14,941 nt of DNA from Tubiluchus corallicola (Eukaryota > Animalia > Priapulida): contig JAQGDQ010002102.1 in NCBI GenBank assembly GCA_030141605.1, positions 1-14,941 on the forward strand, written 5' to 3'. Made by a program: the position numbers and the translations under genes. The notes below the pieces were generated by a model. The model was given only the letters and a program-made list of their open reading frames with translations. It did not search any database and had not been told where the DNA came from. Shown here in pieces: positions 12,585 to 14,941 of this stretch; position 1 is the first letter of the stretch, and each line of letters begins with the position of its first letter.

Positions 12585-12618
12585 GCTCTCTTCACGCTGA
12601 AACCCGAGGAAATATCAA
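12585..12618 (+). CDS. Calmodulin-like gene exon 2 (ALFTLKPEEIS + first base of Ser)
   Basis: ttccag|GCT...TCAA|gtaagt; 34 nt, phase 0 to 1. Mirrors calmodulin exon 2 (ADQLTEEQIA-E, 31 nt, phase 0 to 1). Confidence 0.8.
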
Positions 12619-12768
12619 GTAAGTCGCGTTGATTATTCAATCAGGGCAGAGAAGTTTCAATTAATTCGATTAATTTAATATTCGTTAACTTGCACGTGCA
12701 TTTATTTCCGTTTTGCTATCAGCACGTTGTTAAGGAATGTTTTTTAAACTTTGAAAATTAGTAAATTC

Positions 12769-13265
12769 CTTTTTTCATTACAGATACTTAAAAACATTTA
12801 TAGTTAAAACACTACAACTTTAGAACTTTTAGTTTACGTAGTTAAAAATCTTCTCAAACAATGTTTTTAAACAATGAAAATCAATAAAATGTCTTTTTTC
12901 ATTACAGATACTTAAAAACATTAAAGTTAAAACACTACAACTTTATTAGAACCTTTAATTTACATATTTAAAAGATCATATCAAACGTTTCAACAGAGCT
13001 ACTGCTGTCATCATGCTTGTATATTTTCAAAAATTACCACTGATGACGACAGCAGAGGCTCTGTCGAAACGTTTGGCATGATATTTTAACTATGTAAATT
13101 AAAAGTACTAATAAAGTTGTAGTGTTTTGACTATAAATGTTTTTAAATGTCTTTATTAAAAAAAGGCATTTTGTTGATTTTCATTGTTTAAAAACATTGT
13201 TTGAGAAGATTGTTTTAACTACGTAAATTAAAAGTTCTAATAAAGTTGTAGTGTTTTGACTATAA
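12769..13265. mobile_element. Inverted pair of Penelope-like (pLTR-type) repeats forming a ~470-bp imperfect palindrome
   Basis: 12798-13014 is the reverse complement of 13043-13265, with a spacer of ~28 bp. Each arm has a ~124-129-bp tandem duplication containing aataaagttgtagtgttttgact. Hammerhead core at the centre. Confidence 0.65.
13034..13080 (+). ncRNA. Minimal type I hammerhead ribozyme-like motif
   Basis: CTGATGA (13040-13046), one extra C, stem II gacag/ctgtc (13048-13052/13061-13065), GAAA (13066-13069), palindromic aaacgttt in place of stem III. Stem I is only cca/tgg. Confidence 0.6.
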
Positions 13266-13381
13266 GATCTCTTTGTTTAAGCTTTTTTGTTTGTAAATTT
13301 TCTCAGTTAATTTTCGTGAATTTCTCTAGTGACTTGACTATGAACCAAGAAACGTTACTTTTTTTATTTTTACTATCCCAG

Positions 13382-13543
13382 GTTATCGGTCAGTTTTCAA
13401 CTCTTGGGGTGGTGACCAAGATGGACTCAGTCCAGATAATCTGACCTCTGTTTTAAAGAAGTTGCTTGCTAGGAAAGTTGTACCAGTCACTCATGATATC
13501 AGACTTCTTGCCTGTGACATGATCTCAGCCATTGACGTGACAG
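13382..13543 (+). CDS. Calmodulin-like gene exon 3 (degenerate EF-hand 1 and start of EF-hand 2)
   Basis: T-rich tract + cccag acceptor; ACAG|gtaagg donor. 162 nt open in phase 1-1: YRSVFNSWGGDQDGLSPDNLTSVLKKLL...CDMISAIDVT(G), comparable to CaM [25 protein letters not shown]...QDMINEVDAD(G). Both flanking introns are at calmodulin positions. Confidence 0.9.
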
Positions 13544-13955
13544 GTAAGGACACACCGGAAACCTTTATATATAATACATAAACTTGATGAATCTTAAACA
13601 AAAAATATTTTTTTGTTTACTAATAAGCTAAATTGTCACAGTTCAAGCTTGATCCATTTACGGTAAGCATTTGACAACTGAGAACAAACTGCGTGAGCGA
13701 CAGTACTTTCTCTACCTGAGCTCAGACATGCGAGCATGGCCGCATGCGCACAATAGCCAAACACACCACTGTGCTGGGCTGTGAGGCAAACAGTACTACC
13801 CTCACGTGCTCTGGTTACATATAAACATAAAAAGAGAAATCTTATAGATAAAAGTACTCATACAATACTTATATAGTACTTATACCGTGCGTAACTATGC
13901 ATAGCCGTAATCCTTAAATAGGTGCTCTGAAGTACTTATATAGTACGTAACTACA

Positions 13956-14147
13956 TTTTAAGATGAAATTCAAATTTCAAATTTACCGCCGTGTTCACGC
14001 ATGAACTGTCGAACGTGTGCTGTTCGTCACAAACTAACATATCTGATATGAGAGGTACAGCACCTGTTTTTGTGCAATGCGTTTCCGAAATGCTAGTGCC
14101 CGTCTAACTATAGAATGACGTGCATGAGCTGTTGAACACGTGTAGCT
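13956..14147 (+). mobile_element. Kolobok-like family copy E, internal fragment in intron 3
   Basis: cacgcatgaactgtcgaacgtgtg...gagaggtacagcacc...gctagtgcccgtctaacta, plus a short re-duplicated gcatgagctgttgaac piece. No termini. Confidence 0.72.
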
Positions 14148-14178
14148 TTCATCTTGTTCACTAAAGTCTTTCTTTAAG

Positions 14179-14297
14179 GAAGCACCATGAGTTTTCAAGC
14201 ATTCGCTGGATACATGGCTACAAAACCTGTACTAAGAGACATAGAATTTGAATACGCTGAAGCCTTTAGACTGTTTGACATGGACAACAGTGGCAAG
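14179..14297 (+). CDS. Calmodulin-like gene exon 4 (end of EF-hand 2, central linker, EF-hand 3 start)
   Basis: tctttctttaag acceptor; AAG|gtaata donor. 119 nt: STMSFQAFAGYMATKPVLRDIEFEYAEAFRLFDMDNSGK, colinear with CaM [30 protein letters not shown] (14 of 30 identical by my count). Confidence 0.92.
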
Positions 14298-14893
14298 GTA
14301 ATATATGGCTTCATTTGTCCTACAGCAAACTTTAAAGTTCGCTCTAGGTAATTTAATAAAAAAAAATTAAAATTTTTGTTTATGAAAACCAAAGTAAAAA
14401 TTGGTCCTAGAAATGCGATAACCAAAGAGGCTATGCTAGATGCGAGCACATGTCTTTAGGTTGCACTGAAGTATATCGCAAAGTAGCGGCTGACCAGCTA
14501 GTGGCACCTGGTATTTGTTAGTATATGTAGTTTGTACTAGAGAGAAAAGAATTATGTAATAAATGTGAAAAAGGAAAAGCAAGGTAGGTCAGTAAGAACA
14601 GGATAGTGCTAAAACAGCTTGGAGAAAGAAGGTCATGGGAGTAGGTTTACATATTATAGTTTTAGTTTTTTGAGAGGTGATTATATTCTCATTTTTGTAG
14701 GAGTGTAATTATAATCATAAAATAATTTGTATTAATGGAGAGAAATTTTGTATACGTATAGTTATAATATTTTTCAAGGAATATGTTATGCTACAAATAA
14801 TTACTTTGTTATTATCTAATATCTAAGAAAATTTTATCTAAACGTTCACTGAGGCTTCTGTAGTGAGGCTCAACCTAATTTACAACTTCACAG

Positions 14894-14905
14894 GTAAAAT
14901 TACAG
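14894..14905 (+). CDS. Probable 12-nt microexon continuing the EF-hand 3 loop (VKLQ in phase 0)
   Basis: Branch-like cctaat, then ttcacag|GTAAAATTACAG|gtaagt. Gives DMDNSGK-VKLQ with hydrophobic V at loop position 8. Confidence 0.5.
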
Positions 14906-14941
14906 GTAAGTTCACATAGGTGCTGCCACCTACATGTTAAG

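Noticed and set aside
12107-12640. Poly-Gln / poly-Cys / poly-Ala ORFs
   Set aside because: (CAA/CAG)n tract inside intron 1, open in several frames and without flanking splice support.
13382-13543. Calpain/penta-EF-hand identity suggested by the 11-residue first loop
   Set aside because: Exon 4 linker and three intron positions match calmodulin, and no protease exons are visible upstream.
13867-13946. 14-bp direct repeat tacttatatagtac flanking about 50 bp
   Set aside because: AT-rich, with no element features between the copies; cannot be distinguished from a local duplication.
14195-14449. 84-aa minus-strand ORF
   Set aside because: Antisense shadow of exon 4 plus intron; the + strand frame has the homology and splice sites.

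Overview
AT-rich eukaryotic (most likely invertebrate animal) genomic DNA, mostly intronic or intergenic and very repeat-dense. The ORF track is almost entirely microsatellite and transposon artefact. Reading splice sites by eye reveals a spliced + strand gene that the track misses: a divergent calmodulin-like EF-hand gene. Its parts are ATG 11441-11443, exons 12585-12618, 13382-13543 and 14179-14297, and a probable 12-nt microexon at 14894-14905; it continues past the window. It encodes MALFTLKPEEISSYRSVFNSWGGDQDGLSPDNLTSVLKKLLARKVVPVTHDIRLLACDMISAIDVTGSTMSFQAFAGYMATKPVLRDIEFEYAEAFRLFDMDNSGK(VKLQ)... Three introns sit at classical calmodulin positions, but EF1 and EF2 are degenerate. Intron 2 holds a ~470-bp palindrome carrying a sense-strand minimal hammerhead-ribozyme core of the Penelope-retroelement type. 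The rest comprises five copies of a TTAA-flanked (Kolobok-like) non-autonomous element, a TA-flanked MITE, a piggyBac-like MITE nested in a long inverted repeat, LINE-type 3' ends, a hAT-like terminus, and many tandem repeats. I see no clear wholly new system; the best leads are the gene, its microexon and the intronic hammerhead palindrome.
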